IMG/VR virus record: IMGVR_UViG_3300012928_000001
Coordinates: 32,001 to 96,000 of that record
Length of the DNA: 64,000 bases
Strand: one strand, 5' to 3'
Source of the DNA: a virus
This document shows positions 17,779 through 27,947 of the stretch, in pieces. Below the pieces are notes generated by a model. The model had not been told where the DNA came from. It did not search any database and was given only the letters and a program-made list of their open reading frames with translations. Within the stretch, counting starts at the first letter, position 1, and the number at the start of each line of letters is the position of its first letter. The position numbers were made by a program, and so were the translations under genes.

Positions 17779-18832
17779 CCTGCACGTCGACTGGCACGAG
17801 GCTGCCAAGGCGGCCGATGATCTGTTGCGGATGCTCCGAATCGACGTCTCGAAGGCGCTCGATCCGATGGACCCGGACGACTTTATCAAGATCACCGCTC
17901 AGCTCTCGCGGGATCTCGAAGCAAAGCGCCGCGAGCTTGTCGCTGCCGATGTCGACGAAGCGCTCGCCGGCCTCGACGTCGATTGGGTCGGCCTCGATCC
18001 AGCGAGCCGGGACGCGCTCGTGCAGGCGACGAATCTTGCGATCACACAAGCCGAGCTCCGCACGCTGCCGACCATCAACGCCACGATCACGACCAAGGCC
18101 GAGGCCACGATCAAGGGCGCCAAACAATCGGTATCCTCGACTTTCGATCTCAACATCGGAATCAGCACAGACTTGATCGACGAGACGGTGGTCAACTCGG
18201 TCGCTCGCCAAGATGTCTACTTTCGAACCGAGATCGGCAACCGCTCGCAGGCGTTCACACAGAAAGGTCAAAAGATCATTCGTGATGGTCTCGACCAAGG
18301 ATTGCGCTCCGCCGACATCACCGCGGACCTTGTGAAGGCCGGACGGGCTGTCCACTTCGAGCGGTCCGCTCACTACATGCGCGTTGTGGCGACCCAGGCG
18401 ATGAACTCCAGTCGCGTGTTTGGAGCGCTGCGCAGCTTCGACGCGGCGGGCTTCGAAACCTACGCCTTCGACGCGGTGCTCGACGAGCGCACCACCGAGA
18501 TTTGCCGAATGCTCGACGGCTCCGTGTTCCGTGTGGGCGCCGCTCTACAGCGCTTTGCAGACATCGCGGCCAACCCCGACCCGGAAGCGGTGCGCGACCT
18601 GAAACCGTGGGTGCGCGAGCGCATCGACCCCGTGACCGGCAAGCGCGAGCTCTTCGTGCAGGACCGGCAGGGCCACCGCACCAGGCTCGCCGTGGTCGAG
18701 TCCCCGGGCTTTGGGGTGGCCGATCGCGTCGGTGTGTACTCCGACAAATTGGCGATCCCGACCATGGAGCAGCTCGGGATTAGCTATCCCCCCTTGCATG
18801 GATTGTGTCGGTCCACCATCATCCCAGAGTGA
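17771..18832 (+). CDS. minor head protein (SPP1 gp7 / Mu gpF family)
   Basis: AVLDERTTEICRMLDG and PPLHGLCRS. Confidence 0.9.
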   Translation: MCDLHVDWHEAAKAADDLLRMLRIDVSKALDPMDPDDFIKITAQLSRDLEAKRRELVAADVDEALAGLDVDWVGLDPASRDALVQATNLAITQAELRTLPTINATITTKAEATIKGAKQSVSSTFDLNIGISTDLIDETVVNSVARQDVYFRTEIGNRSQAFTQKGQKIIRDGLDQGLRSADITADLVKAGRAVHFERSAHYMRVVATQAMNSSRVFGALRSFDAAGFETYAFDAVLDERTTEICRMLDGSVFRVGAALQRFADIAANPDPEAVRDLKPWVRERIDPVTGKRELFVQDRQGHRTRLAVVESPGFGVADRVGVYSDKLAIPTMEQLGISYPPLHGLCRSTIIPE

Positions 18833-18834
18833 CC

Positions 18835-19167
18835 ATGCAGCTGGCGGACCTACACGACCAAGCCAACTTGGACCGCGTCGCCTCGGCCATCGCGCGCGCC
18901 GTGTCGATGTCCTATCTCGACGAGGACATCGGCGGCACGCAAACCGCCGACGAGACCAAGCGGCGCACCCAGCTGTGCACCGAGTATTTCAAGATCATGC
19001 GACACGACATGAACTGGTCGATCGCCAAGATCTGTGACCTCATGCCGCGTGTCCTCTTCGCCGCGATGATGGGCGAGGCTGACAAGTACATCGAATCCAT
19101 GAACAAGCGCGCCTGGGCGCGGCCCGTTGAGTACCGCACCCCCGCGGGCCTGATCATCCCCAACTGA
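18835..19167 (+). CDS. hypothetical protein
   Basis: GC3-rich ORF in the head operon. Confidence 0.65.
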   Translation: MQLADLHDQANLDRVASAIARAVSMSYLDEDIGGTQTADETKRRTQLCTEYFKIMRHDMNWSIAKICDLMPRVLFAAMMGEADKYIESMNKRAWARPVEYRTPAGLIIPN

Positions 19168-19175
19168 GAGCCATC

Positions 19176-19850
19176 ATGAAGAGCCAACTGACCGCCCTCC
19201 AGACCTCGCTTGCCGAAGTGCTCGGCGAGACGCCCGACACCGGCTTCGCCTGCGAGGTCATGACTCCCGAGCAGCTGCTCACCTACGCCCACAGCGAAGT
19301 CGATCTCAGCAAGGCCGAGACCGACGACGAGGCGCGCCCGCGCCTGAGCCACCTGCTCAAGAACGTCACGACGATGCTGAGCAAGAACGCCTTCGACGGC
19401 ATGGGCACCGCCGTCCCCGTCTACCGCGGCGAGAACTCGCGCACGTCCATGACGGCCGCGTCCGAGATGAAGGCCGCCGACATGGGCAAGGGCATGGGCA
19501 TGCGCGTCAGCTTCGAGTCCGCGAACACCGAGGCCAACCCGGGCAGCAACGCCTTCGGCCGCGGCGGCCCGCAGCACGGGAACATCGGCTACAGCTTCCG
19601 CGGCATGATCGGCAAGTCGGCCGACGGCGGCGGCGAGGAGCCGACCGAGGAGAACCGCTCCGAGACCGTCGAGGCCATCGCCAAGGCCGCCAAGAGCGAC
19701 GCCAAGTTCCGCGAGATGCTGCTGGCGCAGCTCGCCGGTGAGGCCGACGACCCCGACGGCTCGCCCGCGACCAAGAGCAACCTCGGCGACGGGTGGCCCC
19801 GGGACATGGCCGCCGACGAGATCGACAACGATCCCGACCTCCAGTTCTGA
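19176..19850 (+). CDS. hypothetical head protein sharing a C-terminal motif with the scaffold
   Basis: Ends GWPRDMAADEIDNDPDLQF. Confidence 0.7.
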   Translation: MKSQLTALQTSLAEVLGETPDTGFACEVMTPEQLLTYAHSEVDLSKAETDDEARPRLSHLLKNVTTMLSKNAFDGMGTAVPVYRGENSRTSMTAASEMKAADMGKGMGMRVSFESANTEANPGSNAFGRGGPQHGNIGYSFRGMIGKSADGGGEEPTEENRSETVEAIAKAAKSDAKFREMLLAQLAGEADDPDGSPATKSNLGDGWPRDMAADEIDNDPDLQF

Positions 19851-19858
19851 GGGCCAGC

Positions 19859-20749
19859 ATGCGCGCCCGAGTCCGCAAAGACAGGGGCGGCGAGCAGCTG
19901 CCCCCTTGGCCCGCGTTGGTGGCCGCCACGCTCCCGCGCGGGGTCGCCGTCGTCTCGCCCTACGATGAGCCCGACGTTCCCGCGGCGCTGATCAAGGCGA
20001 TGGCGAGCGACGCGGTGATCGTCCTCGACACGCCGAACGGCGAGCTCACCCCGGTGCTCGGCCTGCTCCCGACCCGCAAGGCCGGGAGCTTGGTCGGGTG
20101 CGCCGACTCGGCGGTCAACCGCCGGGCCCTGCTCGGCGCGGGCTTCAACGTCTTCAAGGTCCACGGCGCCGCGTCGCGGTTGTTCGGGGCGACCTACGAT
20201 CTCGCTGCCGCGCCGTGGGTCGACGTGATCAAGGCCGACCCCGTCTCGAAGCCCTTCGCCGGCTTCGAGGACTTCGGTGCGTGCGTCTCGGCTCAGCTCG
20301 CCGCGGGCAAGAGCCAAGAGAGCGCGGAGAGGATCTGCGGCTCCCTGCAAGCCGAGACCAAAAAGGCTTTTGATGATCGTCCCGTTCGCTTGATCAAGAC
20401 GGCAGACGAGGGCGAAGAGCGGTTGGTGTACGGAATCGTGTTGGAGCCCAATGGGGTCGACGCACAAGACGACACCATCTCCCCCGAGGAGATTCGACAG
20501 GCCGCGCACAAGTTCATGCAGTCCTACGGCAACGTGGGGCTACAGCATCAGACATTCATCAACGGGCAGGCCCGGATCCTCGAAAGCTACATCGCTCCCG
20601 CCGACATGGTGATCGGTGGCTACGCGGTCCGCAAAGGGACTTGGCTGATGGCGATGCGCGTCATCAGTGACGACATTTGGAAGGCCGTGAAGAGCGGTCT
20701 AATCACCGGGTTCTCGATTGGTGGGAGCGCCGTGCGAAAGCCGGCTTGA
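19859..20749 (+). CDS. XkdF-like prohead protease
   Basis: EERLVYGIVLEP..VDAQDD...AAHKFM...ESYIAP...GTW...ITGFSIGG. Confidence 0.88.
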   Translation: MRARVRKDRGGEQLPPWPALVAATLPRGVAVVSPYDEPDVPAALIKAMASDAVIVLDTPNGELTPVLGLLPTRKAGSLVGCADSAVNRRALLGAGFNVFKVHGAASRLFGATYDLAAAPWVDVIKADPVSKPFAGFEDFGACVSAQLAAGKSQESAERICGSLQAETKKAFDDRPVRLIKTADEGEERLVYGIVLEPNGVDAQDDTISPEEIRQAAHKFMQSYGNVGLQHQTFINGQARILESYIAPADMVIGGYAVRKGTWLMAMRVISDDIWKAVKSGLITGFSIGGSAVRKPA

Positions 20750-20790
20750 CAACCCACCAATCGCCAGACCAGAATCAGAGCACTCTCCCG

Positions 20791-21960
20791 ATGCCCGAGA
20801 TGCAAACCGGCACCGTCTACCGCCTCCATGACCTCCTCGTGAAAGAGGTGTCCATGGTGGACGTCCCGGCCAACGAACGCCCCTTCTTGATCGTCAAGAG
20901 CGACGACATGACCAACCCCACCGCCACCACGAAGACCGACGAGAACGTCGACGCGGCCATGGGCGCGAAGGCAGCCACCGAGACGGCGCTGCTCACCGCG
21001 ATCCACCCCGAGATCCAGCTCGCTTTTGGCGAGACGCTGGAGAAGGCCGGGCAACGAATCCTCGCGCTCGCGGGCGCGGTGAAGTCGGCCAAGGCCGCGG
21101 ACACCGAGAAGCCGCAGATCCCCGCGAAGCTCATGGAGGAAGTCGTGAACATCACGGCCGCGCTCGGTGGGCTCGTGGGCGTCGACAAGGCCCCCGCGCC
21201 CCCGCAGCCCCCGGGTAAGAAGCCGCCCGGCGCCGGCCAGGGCCAGGCTCGCCCCGAGGGCGAGAGCACCGACGACGAGCTGCCCGAAGGCGGGAGCAAC
21301 GTCGCCGGGGGCAAGGGCAAGGGCAAGCCGCAGTACAAGGCCGAGGAGCTCGACGCCCTCGTCAAGAGCATCGCCACCATGGAGAAGCTCGGCGACATCG
21401 ACATGTCCGCGATGGGCATGCTCTACATGACCGCGGGCAAGGAAGCTCTCCGCACGGCGATGGACGCTTGCTACGATGGCGACTACGCCAAGGCCGGCAA
21501 CTACGCGGGCATGGCCTACAAGCTGCTCGGCAAGTACACCGGCGGCATGTCGATGGACATGACGATGGCGGCCAAGATCGACGCGCTGCACAAGCAGCTC
21601 GGCGAGATGGTCGAGAACGGCGTCAGCAAGGCCGGGCGCAAGATGAGCTCGGCCCGCTTCGCCGAGTTCGACAAGTCGATCCGCGCCCTCCTGGAGCTCG
21701 CCGAGCAGGTCTCGCCCGGCTACCTGGAGTCGCTCGGCACCGTCGCCAAGGCGGCCCAACCCAAGCTCATGCGCGGGCTCGTCGAGCTCGTGCGCAAGCA
21801 AAAGGCCGAGCTCGCGGCGGCCACGGCCGCGCGCACCGAGAGCAACGCCAACCCCGTCGGCGAAGGTTCCGCCGCGCCCGAGGACAAGGACCCGGGCTGG
21901 CAAGTGGACATGGCCGCCGACTACAACGGGGAGGACTTCCCCGCTGACCTCAAGTTCTGA
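20791..21960 (+). CDS. putative capsid scaffold protein
   Basis: N-terminal EVSMVDVPANERPFLIVKS; helical; precedes MCP. Confidence 0.7.
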   Translation: MPEMQTGTVYRLHDLLVKEVSMVDVPANERPFLIVKSDDMTNPTATTKTDENVDAAMGAKAATETALLTAIHPEIQLAFGETLEKAGQRILALAGAVKSAKAADTEKPQIPAKLMEEVVNITAALGGLVGVDKAPAPPQPPGKKPPGAGQGQARPEGESTDDELPEGGSNVAGGKGKGKPQYKAEELDALVKSIATMEKLGDIDMSAMGMLYMTAGKEALRTAMDACYDGDYAKAGNYAGMAYKLLGKYTGGMSMDMTMAAKIDALHKQLGEMVENGVSKAGRKMSSARFAEFDKSIRALLELAEQVSPGYLESLGTVAKAAQPKLMRGLVELVRKQKAELAAATAARTESNANPVGEGSAAPEDKDPGWQVDMAADYNGEDFPADLKF

Positions 21961-21984
21961 TCCAGATCGAGACGAGACAAAACC

Positions 21985-22944
21985 ATGCGAGTGACCACCA
22001 ACCGTGAAATTCTGACCAAGGCCAACCTGGAGCTCGCCGACCTCCAGAGCGACGGCGGCCTCCTCGTGCCTGAGCAGGCTCGACGGTTCATGCGGATTCT
22101 GATCTTGCGCTCTGTCGTGATCGGGATGAGCACGGTCGAGCCGATGAAGTCGCCCCGCAAGGAGATCGACAAGATCAACTTCGGGTCCCGCGTGCTCCGG
22201 GCCGCGAGCCCCGGCGTCGCCCTCGGCCACAACGACCGCAGCAAGCCCGACCTGTCCAAGGTCGAGCTCGACTCGAAGCTGTTCAAGGCCGAAGTGCGCC
22301 TGAACAACGAGGTCCTCGAAGACTCGATCGAGCAAGGCAACCTCCGCAACACGGTCATGCAAGAGTTGACCAAGGCCGTCGCGCGCGACATGGAGGACAT
22401 GGTCATCAACGGCGACACCGACAGCTCGGTGCCCTTCTACGCCCAGTTCGACGGCATCCTCAAGCAGGCCACGAGCAACGTCGTCAACGCCAACGGGGCC
22501 AAGCTGTCCAAGTCGATCCTGCGCGACCTGAAGAAGGTCATGCCCAACCAGTTCCTGGTCTCGCCCAGCTCGATGCGCTACTACACGAGCGTCGACGCCG
22601 AGATCGACTTCCGCGACTCGATCGCGGACCGGGCCACCGACCTCGGCGACGTCGGCTTCGGCGGCAAGGTCGGCTCCGCGCCGACGGTCGCCTACACGGG
22701 CATCCCCGTGATGCCCGTGCCGATCTTCCCGGAGAACCTCGGCGCCAACACCAACCAGACCAACGTGCTGTTCCTCGACCCGAAGAACGTGCACATCGGC
22801 ATCCACCGCGAGATCCGCATGGAGACCGACAAGGACATCTCCGCGGGTCAGGTGATCATCGTGGTCACCCTCCGCTTCGACACCCGCTACGCGCACGAGC
22901 CCGCGGTCGCCAAGGCCACCAACGTCCTGACCGGCGTCGGCTGA
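21985..22944 (+). CDS. major capsid protein (HK97 fold, PBSX XkdG-like)
   Basis: GGLLVPEQARRF, EVLEDSIE, INGDT, FDGILK, DPKN. Confidence 0.92.
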   Translation: MRVTTNREILTKANLELADLQSDGGLLVPEQARRFMRILILRSVVIGMSTVEPMKSPRKEIDKINFGSRVLRAASPGVALGHNDRSKPDLSKVELDSKLFKAEVRLNNEVLEDSIEQGNLRNTVMQELTKAVARDMEDMVINGDTDSSVPFYAQFDGILKQATSNVVNANGAKLSKSILRDLKKVMPNQFLVSPSSMRYYTSVDAEIDFRDSIADRATDLGDVGFGGKVGSAPTVAYTGIPVMPVPIFPENLGANTNQTNVLFLDPKNVHIGIHREIRMETDKDISAGQVIIVVTLRFDTRYAHEPAVAKATNVLTGVG

Positions 22945-23001
22945 TCCTCGCCTCGCTACGCCAACCCCTACCCGGTTCAACACCAACAGGAAGGACAGAT
23001 C

Positions 23002-23328
23002 ATGCCCCTTGGAACTGCCACCCTCGGCTCTCGCTCCGGCGAGTCGGCGAGCCAGCCGACCTTCACCGAGATCCTCACCTTCGCGGGCGACGACGCCTAC
23101 CCGGCCGGCGGCACCACCGGCTTCGCGGCCTACGTCGCGGCGGCGCGCTCGATCGAGAACTTCGAGGTACTCTCGGTCGTCACCCTCAACGCCCCCGCCA
23201 ACCCCAACTACATGGAGTACGACAAGGCCAACGAAAAGCTGGTCGTGTACGTCCGCGCGACGGGGCTCCAGCGGGCCGCGGGCGACGACTCGGCCAACTC
23301 CTACACCGTCGCGGTCACGGGGCGCTGA
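23002..23328 (+). CDS. putative head decoration protein
   Basis: After MCP, SD AGGA; YPAGG...YD...KL.VY. Confidence 0.6.
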   Translation: MPLGTATLGSRSGESASQPTFTEILTFAGDDAYPAGGTTGFAAYVAAARSIENFEVLSVVTLNAPANPNYMEYDKANEKLVVYVRATGLQRAAGDDSANSYTVAVTGR

Positions 23329-23332
23329 GACC

Positions 23333-23572
23333 ATGGCCACCATCACCTCGAACATGTTCTCGGGTGGGGCCAACATCACCCCGAACGACTCCGCCGGTGT
23401 GCCGTCGCTCGCCACGGTCCTGCAAGACGTGGCCGACGACCTGACCGCGATCCGCACCGCGCTCACCGGTGCCGCGGCCAAGCTCGACGCGGACACGGGA
23501 GTCACCGACACCGACTACGCGGCGAACCTCAACACCGCGCTTGGCACCCAGAAGACGATCAACGGCGGCTAG
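23333..23572 (+). CDS. hypothetical virion protein
   Basis: AAKLDADTGVTDTDYAA motif. Confidence 0.65.
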   Translation: MATITSNMFSGGANITPNDSAGVPSLATVLQDVADDLTAIRTALTGAAAKLDADTGVTDTDYAANLNTALGTQKTINGG

Positions 23573-23585
23573 CCGCTGACAACGA

Positions 23586-23615
23586 CCGACCGTGCATTCG
23601 CACGGTCGGATTTTT
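23586..23615 (+). terminator. intrinsic terminator
   Basis: CCGACCGTGC-ATTC-GCACGGTCGG followed by ATTTTT. Confidence 0.8.
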
Positions 23616-23651
23616 GTGGACCCTGACAAAACCCAAACCAGGAGATCATCG

Positions 23652-24188
23652 ATGCCCTACTACGTTCGCCTCAAGCCCTACGACAAGTCGAAGGGATTCA
23701 CCTGTCGCCGCTACATCACGCACGGCGTCCTCTTCGAGGGCGGCAAGTGGATGAAGCTCGCCAAGGATGCCGCGAGGGAACTCGCCAAGCACACGCAGCC
23801 GGGCTCGCGCCCGCACGTGCCGATCCCTCTCTTCGACATCGCGCCGAACCGCAAGGCCGCGCTCGCCATGGACCGCAAGGCGATCCCGCAGACCGAGGTG
23901 GACGGCGCCGTCGCGGTGACCGAGATGCGAGCCCTCCCCGTCGACAACCTCGCCGCCGACGACGGCGAGCTCGACTTCGACCGGGCGCTCGCCGTCGAGA
24001 AAGCCCGCATGGCCCTCGAACAGGCCGAGGCCGTGGCCGCCGAGGGGGCCCAGGCCGACGCCCAGGCCCTCGCGCAGCTGGAGACCCAGGACCTGCCGAC
24101 CGTCGCCGCCGCGGCCGAGACCGCGGCGCCCGAGGACGAGTCCAAGGCCGACGCGGACGCGCGCGCCCGCATGCGCCCGCGCAAGTAG
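23652..24188 (+). CDS. hypothetical protein
   Basis: SD AGGAG; GC3-rich. Confidence 0.7.
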   Translation: MPYYVRLKPYDKSKGFTCRRYITHGVLFEGGKWMKLAKDAARELAKHTQPGSRPHVPIPLFDIAPNRKAALAMDRKAIPQTEVDGAVAVTEMRALPVDNLAADDGELDFDRALAVEKARMALEQAEAVAAEGAQADAQALAQLETQDLPTVAAAAETAAPEDESKADADARARMRPRK

Positions 24189-24338
24189 TTGCGGCACACC
24201 GTCGCGCCGGGCACCATGGGATCGGCGCTCATGGACTCGGCGCCTCGCCAGCGTCACCGCTGCCCCCTTCGCACTCGCGTTGGGGGCAGCACTTTTTGCC
24301 CGAGGGACGCGCGCCCTCGCGTGGGGTAGACTGAGCCC

Positions 24339-25475
24339 GTGGCCGCGTTGAAGCCTGGACAGAGCAGCTCGAAGACCGACCCCGCGCCCGCGGGCCTGTT
24401 CGGCTATCAGGAGCGCGACGTCGACGAGGGAGGCTTTTTCCGAGACCTCGCAGAGCTGGAGTACCGGCTGGTCGACAGCAACGGAGCAGAGGCGCAGGCG
24501 TGGACCGTGGTCATCGTCGACCGCGACGCGGCGAACACCGACGCGGTGCTCGACGTCAAGCAAGGCCTGTACGCGCCGACCATCACGATCCCCGACCCGG
24601 CCGCGGTGGGGGAGTGGCGGATCGAGTGGCGCTTTCGCGTCGAGACCGGCGACCCGCAAAAGACGAGCTTCACCCCGCTGTATGTCGTGGCCGCGGACCA
24701 CCCGATCGCGGACGGCTACGTGCAGGTGCAAGAGATGCTCGACGAGGGCGTGCCCGTGGCCATGTTCACGTTCACCCGGATCGCTCGCGCGATCAAGACG
24801 GCGAGCGAGCTCTTCGAGACTTGGACCGGCCGCCACTTCGAGCCCCGCTTGATCACCGTGGACGTCGATGGCGAGGGCAGCCCGATCAAGCAAATGGGAA
24901 TGCCCATCATCGGGCTCGCCAATGTTGAGTTCACGTTCACCACGTTCTCGCCCGCCGACCTGCCGATCGAAGAGGGCGATTTGCGGGTGTACAATCGGCA
25001 CATCCGAAACGCGATGACCCAGCCCGACGACCGCGATGATCCGCGGATCGAGTTCCTGCGCATCGAGAACTTTCGCTACCCCCGTGAAACCCTGCTCGGC
25101 GACACCGACTTGCTGAGCTCGACTATCGGCTTTCCCCTAAGCCAGCAGAACATCAAGATCTCGGGCATGTTCGGATTCACCGACCCCGACGGCTCCGCGT
25201 TCGGGCGCACGCCCTCGCTCGTGAAAGAGGCCGTGATGCGAATCGCCATGGGCAAGCTACAGCCCCTGTGGGTGACCACCGGCGGCGGGGCAAACATCGG
25301 AGTCACCGGCCCGGTTGCGAGCGAGCGCACCATTGATCAACACGTCACCTATGGTGACCTCGCGGACAAGGGAACGACGGGTGCATTCACCGGCTATTTC
25401 ACGGGTGATCCTGCCATCGATCAGATCATCTCCACTTTCCGCCGCCCCCCGCGGCTGCGCTCGACGAGTCCCTGA
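24339..25475 (+). CDS. head-tail adaptor
   Basis: ASELFETWTGRHF, P.LVKEAVMRIA; position. Confidence 0.65.
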   Translation: MAALKPGQSSSKTDPAPAGLFGYQERDVDEGGFFRDLAELEYRLVDSNGAEAQAWTVVIVDRDAANTDAVLDVKQGLYAPTITIPDPAAVGEWRIEWRFRVETGDPQKTSFTPLYVVAADHPIADGYVQVQEMLDEGVPVAMFTFTRIARAIKTASELFETWTGRHFEPRLITVDVDGEGSPIKQMGMPIIGLANVEFTFTTFSPADLPIEEGDLRVYNRHIRNAMTQPDDRDDPRIEFLRIENFRYPRETLLGDTDLLSSTIGFPLSQQNIKISGMFGFTDPDGSAFGRTPSLVKEAVMRIAMGKLQPLWVTTGGGANIGVTGPVASERTIDQHVTYGDLADKGTTGAFTGYFTGDPAIDQIISTFRRPPRLRSTSP

Positions 25476-25993
25476 TGCCCAACTATCGCGGACGCCTGAT
25501 CTGGCCTTTCGTGGCCGACATCGCACGCCTCGACACGGCCGGCACCGTCGCGGAGCCTGGGGCGGGCAACGTCGTGACCGGCTATGACCCCGACTTCCGC
25601 GAGCCGGTGGTGTACGCGGCCGGAGACAGCCCACGCGCCGAGATCGAGGTGCTCGGCTTGCCCTGCCAAGTGCACCCAGACAAGGGCGATTTCAACAACC
25701 TGCAAATGATGCTGTCCGGCGCCGTCAAAGCGTACAGCCTGCATTTGTGCTTTCACTACATCGACCTCGAAGCCCGCAATCTCGTCGACACGGACGGATC
25801 AGCGCTGATCAAGAACAACGATCGCCTGATTCGGATTCGGCACTTGATTACCGGTCAAATCGTGTCTGACTTCACCAACCGCCCGGTCTACGTGACCCAG
25901 CCGCAGGATCGCGGAATGGGCATGTCGGCGCTCAGTCGGAACCTGCTCATGGTGCGATTCGAAGAGCGCGAGACCAGCATTTTGTCTGTCTAA
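25475..25993 (+). CDS. putative head closure protein
   Basis: GYDPDFREPV; neck position. Confidence 0.6.
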   Translation: MPNYRGRLIWPFVADIARLDTAGTVAEPGAGNVVTGYDPDFREPVVYAAGDSPRAEIEVLGLPCQVHPDKGDFNNLQMMLSGAVKAYSLHLCFHYIDLEARNLVDTDGSALIKNNDRLIRIRHLITGQIVSDFTNRPVYVTQPQDRGMGMSALSRNLLMVRFEERETSILSV

Positions 25994-26604
25994 TGGTCGC
26001 CACCGTCAAACGCACTGGGGATTGGAAGCTGCTCAAGCGCACGCTGAGCGGGCTACCCACGCGCGTGAAGGCGGCACAGAAAATCGCCACCTTCGAGGAA
26101 GCGCATCACTATCGCCGGATGGTGCTCAAGGCGTTCAAAACCTCGGGCCGATCCAACGGCAAAGCGTGGGAGCCAAACAAGCGATCTGTGCTCGCAAACA
26201 AGGGGTCAAGCAAGCCACTGATCGACCGCGGCGACCTGCGAAACTCGATCGTGGTCGTGAAGCGCGGTAAAGGCTTTTGGGTGGGCGTGTCGAGCCGCAA
26301 GCGCAGCCGCGACGGCTCCCGGCTTGTCGACATCGCAGCGGTGCACGAGTTCGGCCGAGTCATCGCTATGCAGGTCACCCCGAAAATGCACGCTTACGTG
26401 ATGGCGCAGCTCGCCAAAAACGGGGGAGGTGGTGGCGGTGGCTCGGGCAAATTCAAGCCCGGTGCGATCATCGTGATCAAGATCCCTGAGCGGTCATTCC
26501 TCCGCGCTACCGCGAAAGCCCACTTCAAACCGGCGCAAGTTCAGGTTCGGATGGTCAAGCGTATGTCTCGGCTACTCGGGGGCGCATTCAGGGGGCCCCG
26601 CTAA
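25993..26604 (+). CDS. virion morphogenesis / tail completion protein
   Basis: KPLIDRGDLRNSI, AAVHEFG, IPERSFLR. Confidence 0.8.
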   Translation: MVATVKRTGDWKLLKRTLSGLPTRVKAAQKIATFEEAHHYRRMVLKAFKTSGRSNGKAWEPNKRSVLANKGSSKPLIDRGDLRNSIVVVKRGKGFWVGVSSRKRSRDGSRLVDIAAVHEFGRVIAMQVTPKMHAYVMAQLAKNGGGGGGGSGKFKPGAIIVIKIPERSFLRATAKAHFKPAQVQVRMVKRMSRLLGGAFRGPR

Positions 26605-27581
26605 TGGCTGTCCCGACTATCGACACCATCGCGCCCACCGAGGGCGCGCCCACGGGCGGGCAGGTGATCGAGATCAACGGCACCAACTTTCAGATGCCGC
26701 CCGCGCCTCCGGCTGAGGGCGTTGTTCCGATCCCCGCCCCGACGGTCCGGGTCACCTTCGCTGGAGTCGCGGCACCCGTCGTGGCTGTCGTGAGCGAGAC
26801 GCGGTTGTTTGTCCGCGTGCCTCGAATCTCCATGCCCGTGGTCAGCGGTCTGACTCAGGGCAGCTTGGCCGCTGACGTCGTGGTCGAGAACATCGACACC
26901 GACGGCGTGCTGATTCCCGGCGAGACCGTGACGCTCGCGGGCGGGTACACCTACCAACGGCCGCGCCTCGGGACCGCGGCCGAGTCGTCGCTTGCGTCGG
27001 TGGTCCGGCAGCTGTTGCGCCGCCTCAAGTCGGAGGTGATCGGCGAGGTCATCCTCTCGATGCACACCGATTACGACCGCGACACTGGCACGATTGCAAC
27101 CGACGTTGCGGTCGTTCCCGCGATGGTCCTCGTCGGCCCAACGCTGACCAAAAACACGATCTTCACTGAGAACGCGCCGACCACTAACATTTTCGGGAAT
27201 GACGAATTCGGGGAGCGTCGACGCGCGATTTATTTCGACGTTGGATTCGACGTCATCTTGATCACGCAAAGCGATGTCCAGCTTTTGAACTTGATGGAGC
27301 TGACGACTACGGTCATTGATCGAAGCTCTGCGTTTCAGTTCTCCAGCCCGGCATTGCCAGCAGGATTCCAGCTCAACTTGGAGTGGACCGACGGGCTCGC
27401 GGTCTCAAAGCAGACGAATCAGCTGAATTCCAATGTGCGCGTGGCCGAGGGAACGTTTACAATCATCGGGCTCCCGTTCAACACCCTGATTGGCAGCACC
27501 CGCGACGCGATTCAGGAAGTCGGCGCCGCGCTTGCTGGCTCGCCCAGCTTGCAAACCCCCCAGAACTTCGGCGACACTTAG
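26604..27581 (+). CDS. IPT/TIG-domain protein, probable tail terminator
   Basis: PTIDTIAPTEG...GG..IEINGTNF...VTFAG. Confidence 0.7.
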   Translation: MAVPTIDTIAPTEGAPTGGQVIEINGTNFQMPPAPPAEGVVPIPAPTVRVTFAGVAAPVVAVVSETRLFVRVPRISMPVVSGLTQGSLAADVVVENIDTDGVLIPGETVTLAGGYTYQRPRLGTAAESSLASVVRQLLRRLKSEVIGEVILSMHTDYDRDTGTIATDVAVVPAMVLVGPTLTKNTIFTENAPTTNIFGNDEFGERRRAIYFDVGFDVILITQSDVQLLNLMELTTTVIDRSSAFQFSSPALPAGFQLNLEWTDGLAVSKQTNQLNSNVRVAEGTFTIIGLPFNTLIGSTRDAIQEVGAALAGSPSLQTPQNFGDT

Positions 27582-27596
27582 GTCGCCGGTCGAGTC

Positions 27597-27944
27597 ATGC
27601 CCAAGTTGTACACGCTCAAGTCCCGGGCGAAGCGCATCCTCACGGTGCAGCTCCCCGCCAGCCTCGCGTCGCCGCGCTTCCCCGCGCAGACCCAGACCGT
27701 CTACCGCACGCGCCGGGTCCCGAAGTCGGACGAGCGCGTCGTGCGTGGCGAGGCGCACCGCTTCCCGCCCACGATGACCATCCTCCCCGGCGAGGCCCTC
27801 GACAACCTGCCCCAGACCATCGCCGAGCTCCCGGCGGTGCGAGCCCTCGCCCTGGGCCGCGAGCTCGTCATCATCGAGCAGACGCCCGCCCCCGCGCCCA
27901 CCCGCGCCCCCTCGACTCGCCGCGTCCGTCGGCGCAAGGACTGA
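27597..27944 (+). CDS. hypothetical protein
   Basis: Small ORF just before the sheath gene. Confidence 0.6.
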   Translation: MPKLYTLKSRAKRILTVQLPASLASPRFPAQTQTVYRTRRVPKSDERVVRGEAHRFPPTMTILPGEALDNLPQTIAELPAVRALALGRELVIIEQTPAPAPTRAPSTRRVRRRKD

Positions 27945-27947
27945 CCC

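Noticed and set aside
20620-23511. Long antisense or alternate-frame ORFs (e.g. 963 aa minus; 27383-29872; 3897-5801)
   Set aside because: Shadow ORFs of high-GC coding sequence, overlapping clearly recognisable genes.
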